Of a stretch of DNA of 64,000 nucleotides, positions 26,597 to 36,584 are shown in pieces. Each line of letters begins with the position of its first letter. The first letter of the stretch is position 1. The notes beneath the pieces were generated by a model that was not told where the DNA came from, searched no databases, and saw only the letters and a program-made list of their open reading frames with translations. Source of the stretch: Oscillospiraceae bacterium (GTDB lineage: Bacteria; Bacillota; Clostridia; Oscillospirales; Oscillospiraceae); the NCBI GenBank assembly GCA_017619715.1, contig JAFZRS010000008.1, forward strand, positions 14,934-78,933, in the 5' to 3' direction. Made by a program: the position numbers and the translations under genes.

Positions 26597-29014
26597 TTAC
26601 TTCTTGTACGGCACGTGCCAAATGTTCTCCGCGTATTCCGCCACCGCCCGGTCGGCGGCGAAGATGCCGCTGCGGGCGATATTGCGGAGGCTGACGGTGT
26701 TCCAGCGCGTGCGGTCGTCGTAGGTCTGCATCATACGGCGCTCCGCCTCGCAGTAACCGGGAAAATCCGCCAGCAGCATATACTGATCCGCCGGGGAGTC
26801 GGTGACGGACAGCAGGCGATACCACAGATCCTCGTAGCTGTTGCCATCGGCGAAACCGCTTTTGAGCTGATCCACGGTACGGCGCAGCATGGGGTCGCGG
26901 TCATAGAGCAGACGCGGATCGTAACTGCCGCGCAAATGCGCCACCTCATCGGCTTTGAGACCGAACAGGAACATATTCTCGTCGCCCAGCACCTGGTGCA
27001 TCTCCACATTGGCGCCGTCCAGTGTGCCGACGGTCAACGCGCCGTTCATCATGAACTTCATGTTGCCCGTGCCGCTTGCCTCCTTGCCGGCGGTGGATAT
27101 CTGCTGGCTCACCTCGCTGGCGGGCATGAGCATCTCCGCCATGGACACGCAGTAGTTCTCCAGAAACACCACTTGCAGCTTGTCGCGGCAGATGGGATCG
27201 CTGTTGATCTGCGCCGCCAGAGAGTTGATGAGCTGAATGATCCGCTTCGCCACCGCGTAGCCAGGCGCCGCCTTGGCACCGAAGAGGAACGTATGGGGAC
27301 GCACCGCCGTGTTGGGATCGTCCTGCAGCTGATGATAGAGATAGATGATGTGCAGTACGTTGAGAAGCTGACGCTTATACTCGTGCAGGCGCTTGACCTG
27401 CACGTCGAACACCGCGTCGGTGTTGAGCACCACGCTCTGATGGCGCCGCGCCCAGCGGGCAAGACGCTCCTTGTTCTCCTCTTTCACTTGCTCTAACTGT
27501 TTCAGCACAGCGGCATCGGAGGCGAATGCGTCCAGTTTACTCAGTTCGCCCGGGCGCGTCAGCCAGCCTTCGCCGATGGTATCGCGCAGAAGTGCGTTCA
27601 AGCCGGGGTTGATCTGGGCGATCCAGCGGCGGTGATCCACGCCGTTGGTGACGTTTTTGAACTTGTCCGGCTCCATCTCCGCCGCCTCGCGAAATACGTC
27701 GCGGCGCAGGATATCGGAGTGCAGCGCGCTGACGCCGTTGACCGCCATGCCGCCGGCAATGCACAAATTCGCCATGCGGACGCTGCCGTCCCAGATGACC
27801 GCCATCTTGGCGGTTTTTGCGCCGTCGTGATAATATTCGTTCACCTTTTGCTCATAGCGGTGGGCAATCTCCTTGATGATCTGCCAGACGCGGGGCAGCA
27901 GCGACTCCATCAGAGACTGAGGCCACACCTCCAACGCCTCCGCCAGAACCGTATGGTTGGTGTAGGCTACGGAGTGACTGGTAATATCCCAGGCGGTATC
28001 CCAGTCCATACCGGCATCATCGATCAAAATCCGCATCAGCTCCGGGATCACCAGCGCCGGGTGGGTATCGTTGATCTGGATCACGTTCTTCTCATGGAAG
28101 TTTTTCAGCGTGCCGTAGACTTGAATATGCTTGCGGGTGATGGACTGCACCGTGGCGCTGACGAAGAAATACTGCTGTTTGAGCCGCAGGGATTTGCCCT
28201 CGTAGTGGTTGTCCTCGGGATAGAGCACCTTGGAAATCGCGTCCGCCATGGCGCGCTCCTCCTCGGCCTGCAGATACTGACCCTTGTTGAAAAGCGCCAT
28301 GTCCAGCGGACGGGGAGACTTCGCCTCCCATAGCCGCAACGTGTTTACGTGATCGGTGTTGTAGCCGGCAATCTCCATGTCGCAGGGCAACGCCAGCACA
28401 CGGGTATAGTCCTCATGCACTACCATCAAATGTCCGTTGTCCCAACGGCTGCGCACCTTGCCGCCGAAATGCACCTCCTCCGCCTCCTGGGGTTTGGGCA
28501 TGAGCCACGCATCGCCCAGTCCCTTCCATGCGTCCGGCAGCTCCACCTGCTGACCCTCTACGATCTTCTGGCGGAAAATGCCCAGTTCATAGCAGATGGA
28601 ATAGCCGGCGGCGGGGATCTCCAGCGTAGTCAGTCCGTCCAGATAACAGGCCGCCAGACGACCCAGACCGCCGTTACCCAGACCTGCGTCCGGCTCCATA
28701 TCGAAAATGTCCGCCGCGCGAAAGCCCAGCTCGCCGATGGCATCACTCAACTCGTCTCCCAGTCCCAGATTGAAGGCGTTTTTCATCAAACTGCGACCCA
28801 TCAGGAACTCCAGCGACATATAGTGTACCTTGCGCTCACCTTCCGTCGCCGTTTTCTGCCGTGTCTCTACTCCGCGCTCCGCCATGATATCGCGCAGCAC
28901 CATGGCGCAGGCTTTCATCATCTCGCCATCGCTTGCCTGCGCCTCGGTACAGCCGTAATTGAGCCGCAGTTTCTGCACAATCTGTTCTTTTAATTGATCC
29001 TTGGTATATTTCAT
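26597..29014 (-). CDS. glgP: Glycogen phosphorylase
   Basis: GLGNGGLGRLAAC, NDTHP, YTNHT, VKRLHEYKRQ and EASGTGNMK. Confidence 0.97.
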   Translation of the reverse strand: MKYTKDQLKEQIVQKLRLNYGCTEAQASDGEMMKACAMVLRDIMAERGVETRQKTATEGERKVHYMSLEFLMGRSLMKNAFNLGLGDELSDAIGELGFRAADIFDMEPDAGLGNGGLGRLAACYLDGLTTLEIPAAGYSICYELGIFRQKIVEGQQVELPDAWKGLGDAWLMPKPQEAEEVHFGGKVRSRWDNGHLMVVHEDYTRVLALPCDMEIAGYNTDHVNTLRLWEAKSPRPLDMALFNKGQYLQAEEERAMADAISKVLYPEDNHYEGKSLRLKQQYFFVSATVQSITRKHIQVYGTLKNFHEKNVIQINDTHPALVIPELMRILIDDAGMDWDTAWDITSHSVAYTNHTVLAEALEVWPQSLMESLLPRVWQIIKEIAHRYEQKVNEYYHDGAKTAKMAVIWDGSVRMANLCIAGGMAVNGVSALHSDILRRDVFREAAEMEPDKFKNVTNGVDHRRWIAQINPGLNALLRDTIGEGWLTRPGELSKLDAFASDAAVLKQLEQVKEENKERLARWARRHQSVVLNTDAVFDVQVKRLHEYKRQLLNVLHIIYLYHQLQDDPNTAVRPHTFLFGAKAAPGYAVAKRIIQLINSLAAQINSDPICRDKLQVVFLENYCVSMAEMLMPASEVSQQISTAGKEASGTGNMKFMMNGALTVGTLDGANVEMHQVLGDENMFLFGLKADEVAHLRGSYDPRLLYDRDPMLRRTVDQLKSGFADGNSYEDLWYRLLSVTDSPADQYMLLADFPGYCEAERRMMQTYDDRTRWNTVSLRNIARSGIFAADRAVAEYAENIWHVPYKK

Positions 29015-29035
29015 GGAATCCTCCTAAAACGGGCG

Positions 29036-30463
29036 TCAGCCCAACAGTTTCCCGTAGATATCACGATAGATCCGGGCGCTGTGTCCCCAACTCATATCCT
29101 CCTCCATACAGCGACGGCGCACCGTGCGGAAGCCTTCGCTGCCGTAGAGCGACACCGCCTCGCCGATCACGTGGAGCATATCCCACGCGTTATAATTGGC
29201 AAACACAAAGCCCGTGCCGTCCGACTGTCCCGTCTGGCAGGAGCGGACGGAGTCGTTCAAGCCGCCGGTCTGGCGGACGATGGGCACCGTGCCGTAGCGC
29301 ATGGCGATCATCTGGCTCAAGCCGCACGGCTCACTGCGCGAGGGCATCAGATAGAGATCCGCTCCGGCGTAGATCCGCCGCGCCAGCGCATCGGAATACG
29401 TGATACACGATGCCACGCGGCCGGGATAACGCTCCTGCGCGCGGCGGAAGAAATCCTCGTAACCCGGCGCGCCCATGCCCAGCACCACCAACTGCACGCC
29501 TTTTTCCATCATCTGATCGAACACCTGACAGATAAGATCCGTACCCTTGTGCCCTACCAGACGGCTGACGATCGCCAGAATCGGCGTTCCCTTCTCCGCC
29601 GACAATCCCAGTTCCCGGCGCAGCGCCGCTTTGCAGGTGGTCTTGCCCCGGAGGTTGGAGGCGGAATAGTTCGCCGGCAGCGCCGCATCGGCGGCGGGAT
29701 CAAAGCTCACCATGTCAATACCGTTGAGTACGCCTGTGAGCTTATGGCTCACCGCCGAGATCACGCTCTCTAAACCGTGGGCGAAGGCGGGATAGCGCAG
29801 CTCCCGGGCGTAGGTGGGGCTGACGGTTGTCACCGCGTCGGCGGTCATGAGCCCTGCTTTCATCAGGTTCACCGCGCCGTCCATTTGCAGCATACCCGTG
29901 TTCCACCAGCCGCGGTCCAGTCCCAGCAGGTCGGTCACCGTCTCCTCACCCAGCCAGCCTTGATATTCGATATTGTGGACGGTATAGACGGTGCGTACAC
30001 GCTTATATTCCTCCCGGCGGACCGCAAAATCCTTCAGATAGACCGGCACCAGCGCCGTCTGCCAGTCGTTGCAATGCACCACGTCCGGCATATGATCCAG
30101 ACGGGGCAGCAGCTCCGCCACAGCTCGGCTGAAAAAGGCAAACCGCTCACCGTCGTCAAACTCACCGTAGAGCTTGGCGCGGCGGAAATACCGCTCATTG
30201 TCTACAAAATACCACGTCACGCCGCGGTGCTCCAAAGAAAACACGCCGCAATATTCATGACGCCAAGCCAGATCCACGTAGGTATAAAACCGGTAGGTCA
30301 TCTTCTCGCGCCATGCGCCGTCCACCTGAGCGTACAGCGGCAAAATAACCGCGACGTTGTCGCCGCCCTCCGCCAGCGCCACCGGCAAGCTGCCGGCTAC
30401 GTCCGCCAGACCGCCTGTTTTACAAAAGGGCGCCGCCTCGCTGGCCGCAAACAGTATGTTCAT
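29036..30463 (-). CDS. glgA: Glycogen synthase
   Basis: KTGGLADV, HCNDWQT, NGID and PSRSEPCGL. Confidence 0.97.
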   Translation of the reverse strand: MNILFAASEAAPFCKTGGLADVAGSLPVALAEGGDNVAVILPLYAQVDGAWREKMTYRFYTYVDLAWRHEYCGVFSLEHRGVTWYFVDNERYFRRAKLYGEFDDGERFAFFSRAVAELLPRLDHMPDVVHCNDWQTALVPVYLKDFAVRREEYKRVRTVYTVHNIEYQGWLGEETVTDLLGLDRGWWNTGMLQMDGAVNLMKAGLMTADAVTTVSPTYARELRYPAFAHGLESVISAVSHKLTGVLNGIDMVSFDPAADAALPANYSASNLRGKTTCKAALRRELGLSAEKGTPILAIVSRLVGHKGTDLICQVFDQMMEKGVQLVVLGMGAPGYEDFFRRAQERYPGRVASCITYSDALARRIYAGADLYLMPSRSEPCGLSQMIAMRYGTVPIVRQTGGLNDSVRSCQTGQSDGTGFVFANYNAWDMLHVIGEAVSLYGSEGFRTVRRRCMEEDMSWGHSARIYRDIYGKLLG

Positions 30464-30466
30464 CTT

Positions 30467-31579
30467 TTACACCTCGCTGTCTCTGGCAATCACCAGAGGA
30501 TACGACGCATGTCCCATCAGTGTGCCGTTTTCACGGACGGTCACGTGCTTATCAGTGATAACATTACGCAAAATGGCGCCTTGCCGTACCACCGTACCCT
30601 TAAAGAGGATACAACCCTCTACGTCCGCGCCCTTTTCCACCTGCACGCCGCGGAACAAAATGCTGTTTTTCACCGTGCCCTGAATGTCGCACCCGTCGGA
30701 GATCAGGGAGTTGACACACTCGCCGGTGGGGTCCACATAGCTGGACGGTGCATCGTTCTCCTTGCCGAAAATGGGGCGATCCGGGCAGAACAGCTCCCGG
30801 CGCATGGAAGGCTGCAGCAGCTCCATGCTACGCTGATAATAGGACAAAATGGTGTTGATCCGCGCCGCGTAGCCGTCCCACACATAAGCCCGGATATGGA
30901 GCTCACCGCTGCGGCGCTGCAAGACGCTGCCGCGGAAGCTGTATTCATTGTGCGCCATGCAGTCCTCCACCAGACGCAGCAACAGCTCCTTGCTGATGAT
31001 ATAGATATTCAGACACCGATAGCCCTCCGGCGTATGGACATCTCGCACCGTGTCCGTGATACGGCCGGTATCGTCTAACTTGAAATACGTGTCGCTGCCG
31101 TCCCCTAATACAGACGTGCAAACCGCCGTCATATCCGCGCCGGTGCGCAGATGGCTTTCCAGCACGTCCTCCAGCGGCAGATTGATGACCATATCGCTGT
31201 CGCTGAGCACTACGTAATCCTGCCGGATATGCTCCAGATAATCCTGCACGCAGCCCAGCGCCTCCATCTTACCCCGGAACTGTCCGGCACCCTCCCGGCG
31301 CTCAGCATAGGCAAAGGCGGGAAGCAGTGTCAAGCCGCCGTTGCGCCGGCTCAGATCCCAGCTTTTGCCGCTGCCCAGGTGATCCAGCATGCTCTGGCAC
31401 TTGCCGTGCATAATCACACCCACGTCCGTAATGCCCGCGTTGACCATATTGGAAAGAATGAAGTCCACCACACGGTAGTCACCGGCAAAGGGAATCGACC
31501 CGTGGACGCGGTGCTCAATCAGCTCCCGCAGACCCGTCTTTTTTTCGTAGGAGAAGATGATTCCGTGCATACCGTTCAT
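30467..31579 (-). CDS. glgD: Glucose-1-phosphate adenylyltransferase regulatory subunit
   Basis: [17 protein letters not shown] and [12 protein letters not shown]; lacks the catalytic GGxG loop; follows glgC. Confidence 0.93.
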   Translation of the reverse strand: MNGMHGIIFSYEKKTGLRELIEHRVHGSIPFAGDYRVVDFILSNMVNAGITDVGVIMHGKCQSMLDHLGSGKSWDLSRRNGGLTLLPAFAYAERREGAGQFRGKMEALGCVQDYLEHIRQDYVVLSDSDMVINLPLEDVLESHLRTGADMTAVCTSVLGDGSDTYFKLDDTGRITDTVRDVHTPEGYRCLNIYIISKELLLRLVEDCMAHNEYSFRGSVLQRRSGELHIRAYVWDGYAARINTILSYYQRSMELLQPSMRRELFCPDRPIFGKENDAPSSYVDPTGECVNSLISDGCDIQGTVKNSILFRGVQVEKGADVEGCILFKGTVVRQGAILRNVITDKHVTVRENGTLMGHASYPLVIARDSEV

Positions 31580-32790
31580 GCTTCCACCTCCTTGACGTGA
31601 TGCCGATCCAGCATGGTCTTCGCCGGTACAATCTCGCCGGGCGCTACCACCGTGTCCGGTCCCAGTACGGTGATACCCCACTGCTCCGGATCTGACGCGC
31701 TTTCCGGCGGCGCACCTACCGATGCGCCGGCACCGATGCGGCAGTTCTCGCCCACAATGGCATAAGACACCCGGGCGCCGGGTTCAATGGCCGCGCCGGG
31801 CATCACCACCGAATAGGACACGACCGCGCCCTCACCCACGGTGGTGCCGGTGCTCAACACGCTGTTTTTCACCTCACCGTCGATGAAGCAGCCCCTTGCC
31901 ACCACGCTGTTGCCCACATCGGACGCAGGTCCGATAAACGCCGGCGGGCAGACCGCCGTGCGCCCGTAGATGGGCCATTTCTTATCCAGCAGATTCAAGC
32001 CGGAACCGGGCAGCAGCATGTCCATATTGGCGTCCCACAGGGAGTCCAGCGTGCCCACGTCCTTCCAGTAGCCCTCGAAACGGTATGCCGCCATTACCTC
32101 GCCTCTGCCCAACATGGCCGGGATAATATTTTTCCCGAAATCATTTTCCGAGGAGCTGTCCTCCTCGTCCTCCATGAGATACCGGCGGAGTTTGGACCAG
32201 GTGAAAATATAGATGCCCATGGAGGCAAGATTGCTCTTGGGCTCTTTGGGCTTTTCGGCAAACTCCGTAATTCGATCCTCTCCGTCTACCGACATGATCC
32301 CGAAACGGCTGGCTTCCGACCAGGGTACCTCCATCACGGAGATGGTGCATGCCGCACCGGCTTCCTTGTGGCGGCGGAGCATATCCGAGTAGTCCATTTT
32401 ATAGATGTGATCGCCGGAGAGTACCGCCACGTACGTAGGATCGTACAGATCTACAAAGCCGATGTTCTGATAGATGGCGTTCGCCGTACCCTTGTACCAC
32501 GATGCGCCGTCGGCGCTCTGGTAGGGAGGCAGAATATGCACGCCGCCGCTGGCGCGGTCCAGCTCCCACGGCTGTCCGTTGCCGATGTAGCTGTTCAGTT
32601 CCAGCGGGCGGTACTGGGTCAGCACGCCCACGGTGTCGATGCCGGAATTGGTGCAGTTGGAGAGGGGAAAATCTATGATGCGGAATTTGCCGCCGAAGGG
32701 GACGGCAGGCTTTGCCATATCGCCGGTGAGGACGTACAGACGGCTTCCCTGTCCGCCTGCCAGCAGCATGGCCACGCACTCCTTCTTCAT
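31576..32790 (-). CDS. glgC: Glucose-1-phosphate adenylyltransferase
   Basis: [33 protein letters not shown] and YWKDVGT. Confidence 0.97.
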   Translation of the reverse strand: MKKECVAMLLAGGQGSRLYVLTGDMAKPAVPFGGKFRIIDFPLSNCTNSGIDTVGVLTQYRPLELNSYIGNGQPWELDRASGGVHILPPYQSADGASWYKGTANAIYQNIGFVDLYDPTYVAVLSGDHIYKMDYSDMLRRHKEAGAACTISVMEVPWSEASRFGIMSVDGEDRITEFAEKPKEPKSNLASMGIYIFTWSKLRRYLMEDEEDSSSENDFGKNIIPAMLGRGEVMAAYRFEGYWKDVGTLDSLWDANMDMLLPGSGLNLLDKKWPIYGRTAVCPPAFIGPASDVGNSVVARGCFIDGEVKNSVLSTGTTVGEGAVVSYSVVMPGAAIEPGARVSYAIVGENCRIGAGASVGAPPESASDPEQWGITVLGPDTVVAPGEIVPAKTMLDRHHVKEVEA

Positions 32791-32807
32791 GTCTGATTCC
32801 TTCCTTT

Positions 32808-34646
32808 CTATCTTTTCCTGCCCTGTAGGATCACCGCCCCCAAAGGCGGAATACGCACGCAAACGGACTGCTCCTGCCCGTGAGACGGGATCGGCTCTAC
32901 GGCAATATCGCCTGCATTGACCACGCCGCTGCCGCCCCAAAGCGGATCATCGGTGTTGCATATCTCCTCGTATATTTCCGCCGCCGGTACGCCGAAACGG
33001 TAATTCTCCCACGCCTGCGGTGCGAAGTTCACCGCGCAGATCAGCTCCCGTCCCGCCCGGTCACGGCGCAAAAAGACAATCACGTTGTTCCGGTTGTCGT
33101 CCGCCACCAGCCACTGAAAACCGTCCCAGCTATCGTCATTATCCCACAGGGGAGTGTGTTCCTTATACAGCCGGTTCAATTCACGAATACACGCGTGGGT
33201 CTGTGCTGCGGGACGGTGATCGAGCAGATACCAGTCCAGCTGACCGCGGAAATCCCACTCATGCCACTGTCCTAACTCGGCACCCATGAAGGTGAGCTTT
33301 TTGCCGGGGTGGCAGAGCATAAACGCCATAAAACTCCGCACGCCTGCCAACTGCTGCCACTCGTCCCCCGGCATTTTGCCGCGGAGCGAGCCCTTCATAT
33401 GTACCACCTCATCATGACTGACCGGCAGTACAAAATGCTCGGAAAACGCATATACCATGGAAAACGTCACGTCGCGGTGATGGTACTGACGAAAAATGGG
33501 ATCCATCTTCAAATAATGGCAGATATCGTTCATCCAGCCCATGTTCCACTTCATGGAAAAGCCCAAGCCGCCGTCGCAGACCGGGTGGCTCACCTGCGGC
33601 CAGGCGGTGGATTCCTCCGCCACGGTCAGCACAGATGAATCGATCGACGCCACCTGCTCGTTGAGCTGGCGCAGAAAACCGATTGCCTCCAGATTCTCAT
33701 GCCCGCCGTAGACGTTGGGTCGCCACTCGCCGCGCCCGTAATCCAGATACAGCATGGACGCCACCGCGTCCACCCGCAGACCGTCCACGTGGTACTCCCG
33801 CAGCCAGAAGGCGGCGGAGGAGAGCAGAAAACTGCGCACCTCGTTTTTCCCATAGTCGAATACCCGCGTACCCCACCCGGCGTGCTCCCATTTGAGCGGA
33901 TCGCCGTACTCATAGAGGCACGTGCCGTCAAATTCAATAAGACCTTGTTCGTCCTTGCAAAAGTGTGCCGGCACCCAGTCCAGAATCACCGCCAGACCGG
34001 CGCAGTGAAGCTTGTCCACCAGATACATGAAATCGTGGGGCGTTCCGTAGCGGCTGGTGGGGGCAAAATACCCGGTGCACTGATAGCCCCAGCTGTCGTC
34101 CAGCGGATACTCTGTCACCGGCAGCAGCTCCACCGCCGTATAGCCCATATCAGCGGCATACTGCGCCAACTCATCGGCACACCGGCGATAGCCGAAGCTG
34201 TTGCCGTCTTCATAGCGGCGCCAGGAACCCAGATGCACCTCGTAAATGTTCATGGGACCGTCCCGCAAAGACTTTTCACGGCGGCGGCGCAACCATTCCC
34301 CGTCCTGCCATTCGTAGCCGCCCAAATCAAAGAGCTTGCTGGACGTCTCCGGACGGGTCTGGGTGTGGAAGCCGTAGGGGTCGGCTTTCCAGCGGATCCT
34401 TCCGTCCTGCCCGGTGACGATATACTTATAGGCGTCGTATACCTGCGCGTGGGGAACAGTCAGCTCCCATACACCGTCATGGCAGGTCATATCCCAACTC
34501 TGCCAACCGTTGAAATCGCCCGACAGCGCCACGCGCTGTGCGTGAGGTGCCCACACGCGGAATACCCAACCGTCTCCGGCGCGGTGCGCGCCGAAATACT
34601 CATAGGCGCGATCCTCCGTCCCCTGCCAGAATCCATGCAGAATCAT
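32808..34646 (-). CDS. glgB: 1,4-alpha-glucan branching enzyme
   Basis: [37 protein letters not shown] and SHDEVVH. Confidence 0.97.
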   Translation of the reverse strand: MILHGFWQGTEDRAYEYFGAHRAGDGWVFRVWAPHAQRVALSGDFNGWQSWDMTCHDGVWELTVPHAQVYDAYKYIVTGQDGRIRWKADPYGFHTQTRPETSSKLFDLGGYEWQDGEWLRRRREKSLRDGPMNIYEVHLGSWRRYEDGNSFGYRRCADELAQYAADMGYTAVELLPVTEYPLDDSWGYQCTGYFAPTSRYGTPHDFMYLVDKLHCAGLAVILDWVPAHFCKDEQGLIEFDGTCLYEYGDPLKWEHAGWGTRVFDYGKNEVRSFLLSSAAFWLREYHVDGLRVDAVASMLYLDYGRGEWRPNVYGGHENLEAIGFLRQLNEQVASIDSSVLTVAEESTAWPQVSHPVCDGGLGFSMKWNMGWMNDICHYLKMDPIFRQYHHRDVTFSMVYAFSEHFVLPVSHDEVVHMKGSLRGKMPGDEWQQLAGVRSFMAFMLCHPGKKLTFMGAELGQWHEWDFRGQLDWYLLDHRPAAQTHACIRELNRLYKEHTPLWDNDDSWDGFQWLVADDNRNNVIVFLRRDRAGRELICAVNFAPQAWENYRFGVPAAEIYEEICNTDDPLWGGSGVVNAGDIAVEPIPSHGQEQSVCVRIPPLGAVILQGRKR

Positions 34647-34766
34647 TCCGTCCCCCCTCGCTGCTATTGCAAAAGCATAATCTTTTTACGGCGCGGATCG
34701 TGCCGAATTCGCAAGCTCACTTCGCCGCGCTTTTTCCTACTGTTTTTTTGCACATTATTTACAATT

Positions 34767-34795
34767 ATTATACGCATTTTTTGCTCCACCGTCAA
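34767..34795 (-). promoter_or_regulatory. SigA-type promoter of the glg operon
   Basis: TTGACG-17 nt-TATAAT on the minus strand. Confidence 0.7.
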
Positions 34796-34801
34796 GAAAA
34801 G

Positions 34802-34845
34802 AAGCCCCCCGCTCCGATACACACGGTATCGGAACAGGGGACTTT
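34802..34845 (-). terminator. Probable terminator after the hydrogenase
   Basis: TCCGATAC/GTATCGGA stem extended by a C/G tract, then CTTCTTTT on the minus strand. Confidence 0.6.
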
Positions 34846-34853
34846 ACGCACGG

Positions 34854-36584
34854 TTATTCGCCAGGTATCTTCCAATCGTGATGATTGGTGTGCAGGAGAT
34901 GATGGCTCATATGACCGAGCGGCTTTTCAAAGTACTCGGCATAGACCTGCTGAACGGACGGATTCTCGTGGCTGAAGCGCAGCGCCATGTTCTGATCCTG
35001 CGTATAAAGCCAGTCCGCACGCTCCGGCGCACGCCACTCCTTATCGTGGATCGGCTGTCCGCCGCCGCCCACGCAGCCGCCGGGACACGCCATGATCTCC
35101 ACAAAATCGTAATTTGCTTTGCCTTCCTTAATGGCGGTGAGCAGCTTGTCGGCGTTGCCCAGACCGTTCGCTACGGCGACACGCAGCGGTGTACCGTTCA
35201 GGTCAAAGGTCTTTTCCTTCCAGCCGTCCATGCCGCGCACATCACGGAATGCGTCGGGATCGGGATTCTTACCCGCCACAATGGCGTAGGCGGTACGCAG
35301 CGCCGCCTCCATCACGCCGCCGGTGGCGCCGAAGATGTTGCCCGCGCCGCTTCCGATACCGAAGGGGCTATCCAGCTCCTTTTCGGGTATATCGGCGGGG
35401 ACAATATGATGGCACGCGATCAGCCGGTCCACCTCCCGGGTGGTCAGCACCACGTCCACGTCCTGCTCGCCGCAGGCATCGCTCATGGCGGGAATGGCGC
35501 ACTCATGCTTCTTGGCAAGGCACGGCATGATGGAGATGGAGTAGATCTTCTTCGCCTCCACGCCCAGCTTCTCGGCGAAATAACTCTTGGCAACCGCGCC
35601 GAACATCTGCTGAGGACTCTTGGCGGTGGACAGATTATCCACAAACTCCGGATAGTGGCTCTTGACAAAGCGCACCCAGCCGGGGCAGCAGGAGGTGAAC
35701 ATGGGGAACTTCGCCTCATCCTTGTGGGCAAGACGATCCAAAAATTCGCTCCCTTCCTCCATGATGGTGAGGTCGGCGGTGAAGTTGGTATCAAACACGT
35801 AGTCCACGCCCATCATCTTGAGCGCCTGGCAAAGCCGCTCCACGGTGGCGTCCTGCGGCTTCAAGCCGAACGGCTCACCCCACGCCGTGCGAATGGACGG
35901 CGCGATCTGCACGACCGTGATCTTATCTTGGTCGCTGATGGCATCGAGCACCTTGTCCACGTCGTCCCGCTCATGCAGCGCGCCCACCGGGCAGTGGGTA
36001 ATGCACTGGCCGCACAGAGCACACTGACTGTCCTCCAGACGGTACACCTCGCGCACGTCCACCGTGGTCTTGGCGCCCACATTGATTACGTCCCAGACGT
36101 TGGAAGCTTGAATCTTGTCGCACACCTGCACGCAGCGCATGCACTTGATGCACTTGGAATAGTCGCGTACCAGCGGGAAGTTCCCCTCCTGCTTCTTCTC
36201 GGGGACTTTCTTTTCAAAGGGCAGATCGTGGATATTGAGGTCGCGGGCAATGTCCTGCAAGGTGCAGTTGCCGCTGCGGATACAGGTGGCGCAGTTGCTG
36301 TTATGCTCGGACAGTATCAGCTCCACATTGTTGCGCCGCGTCTGACGCGCCTTCTTGGAATTGGTATGGATCACCATACCGTCCGCCACGGTGTTGTTGC
36401 AGGCGGTAAAGAGCTTTTGATATCCCTCCACCTCTACCACGCACACGCGGCAGGCACCGATCTCATTGAGTCCTTCCCAGTAGCACAATGTGGGAATGTT
36501 GACGCCGGCGATCCGCGCCGCGTCCAGAATCCGGGTATTCTCTTCTACCTGAATCGTTCTGCCGTCTATCGTCACACTTACCAT
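34854..36584 (-). CDS. hydA: Group A [FeFe]-hydrogenase catalytic subunit
   Basis: H-cluster motifs TSCCPGW, MPCLAKKHE and EIMACPGGCVGGGGQP; N-terminal 2Fe-2S, His-ligated 4Fe-4S (EHNSNCATC) and two 4Fe-4S motifs. Confidence 0.95.
   Translation of the reverse strand: MVSVTIDGRTIQVEENTRILDAARIAGVNIPTLCYWEGLNEIGACRVCVVEVEGYQKLFTACNNTVADGMVIHTNSKKARQTRRNNVELILSEHNSNCATCIRSGNCTLQDIARDLNIHDLPFEKKVPEKKQEGNFPLVRDYSKCIKCMRCVQVCDKIQASNVWDVINVGAKTTVDVREVYRLEDSQCALCGQCITHCPVGALHERDDVDKVLDAISDQDKITVVQIAPSIRTAWGEPFGLKPQDATVERLCQALKMMGVDYVFDTNFTADLTIMEEGSEFLDRLAHKDEAKFPMFTSCCPGWVRFVKSHYPEFVDNLSTAKSPQQMFGAVAKSYFAEKLGVEAKKIYSISIMPCLAKKHECAIPAMSDACGEQDVDVVLTTREVDRLIACHHIVPADIPEKELDSPFGIGSGAGNIFGATGGVMEAALRTAYAIVAGKNPDPDAFRDVRGMDGWKEKTFDLNGTPLRVAVANGLGNADKLLTAIKEGKANYDFVEIMACPGGCVGGGGQPIHDKEWRAPERADWLYTQDQNMALRFSHENPSVQQVYAEYFEKPLGHMSHHLLHTNHHDWKIPGE

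Noticed and set aside
34748-34764. 17-bp imperfect palindrome TTGCA-N7-TACAA at the glgB start site as a Rex or CcpA site
   Set aside because: Length and sequence do not fit Rex (18 bp) or cre consensus well, and the region is AT-rich, so chance matches are likely.
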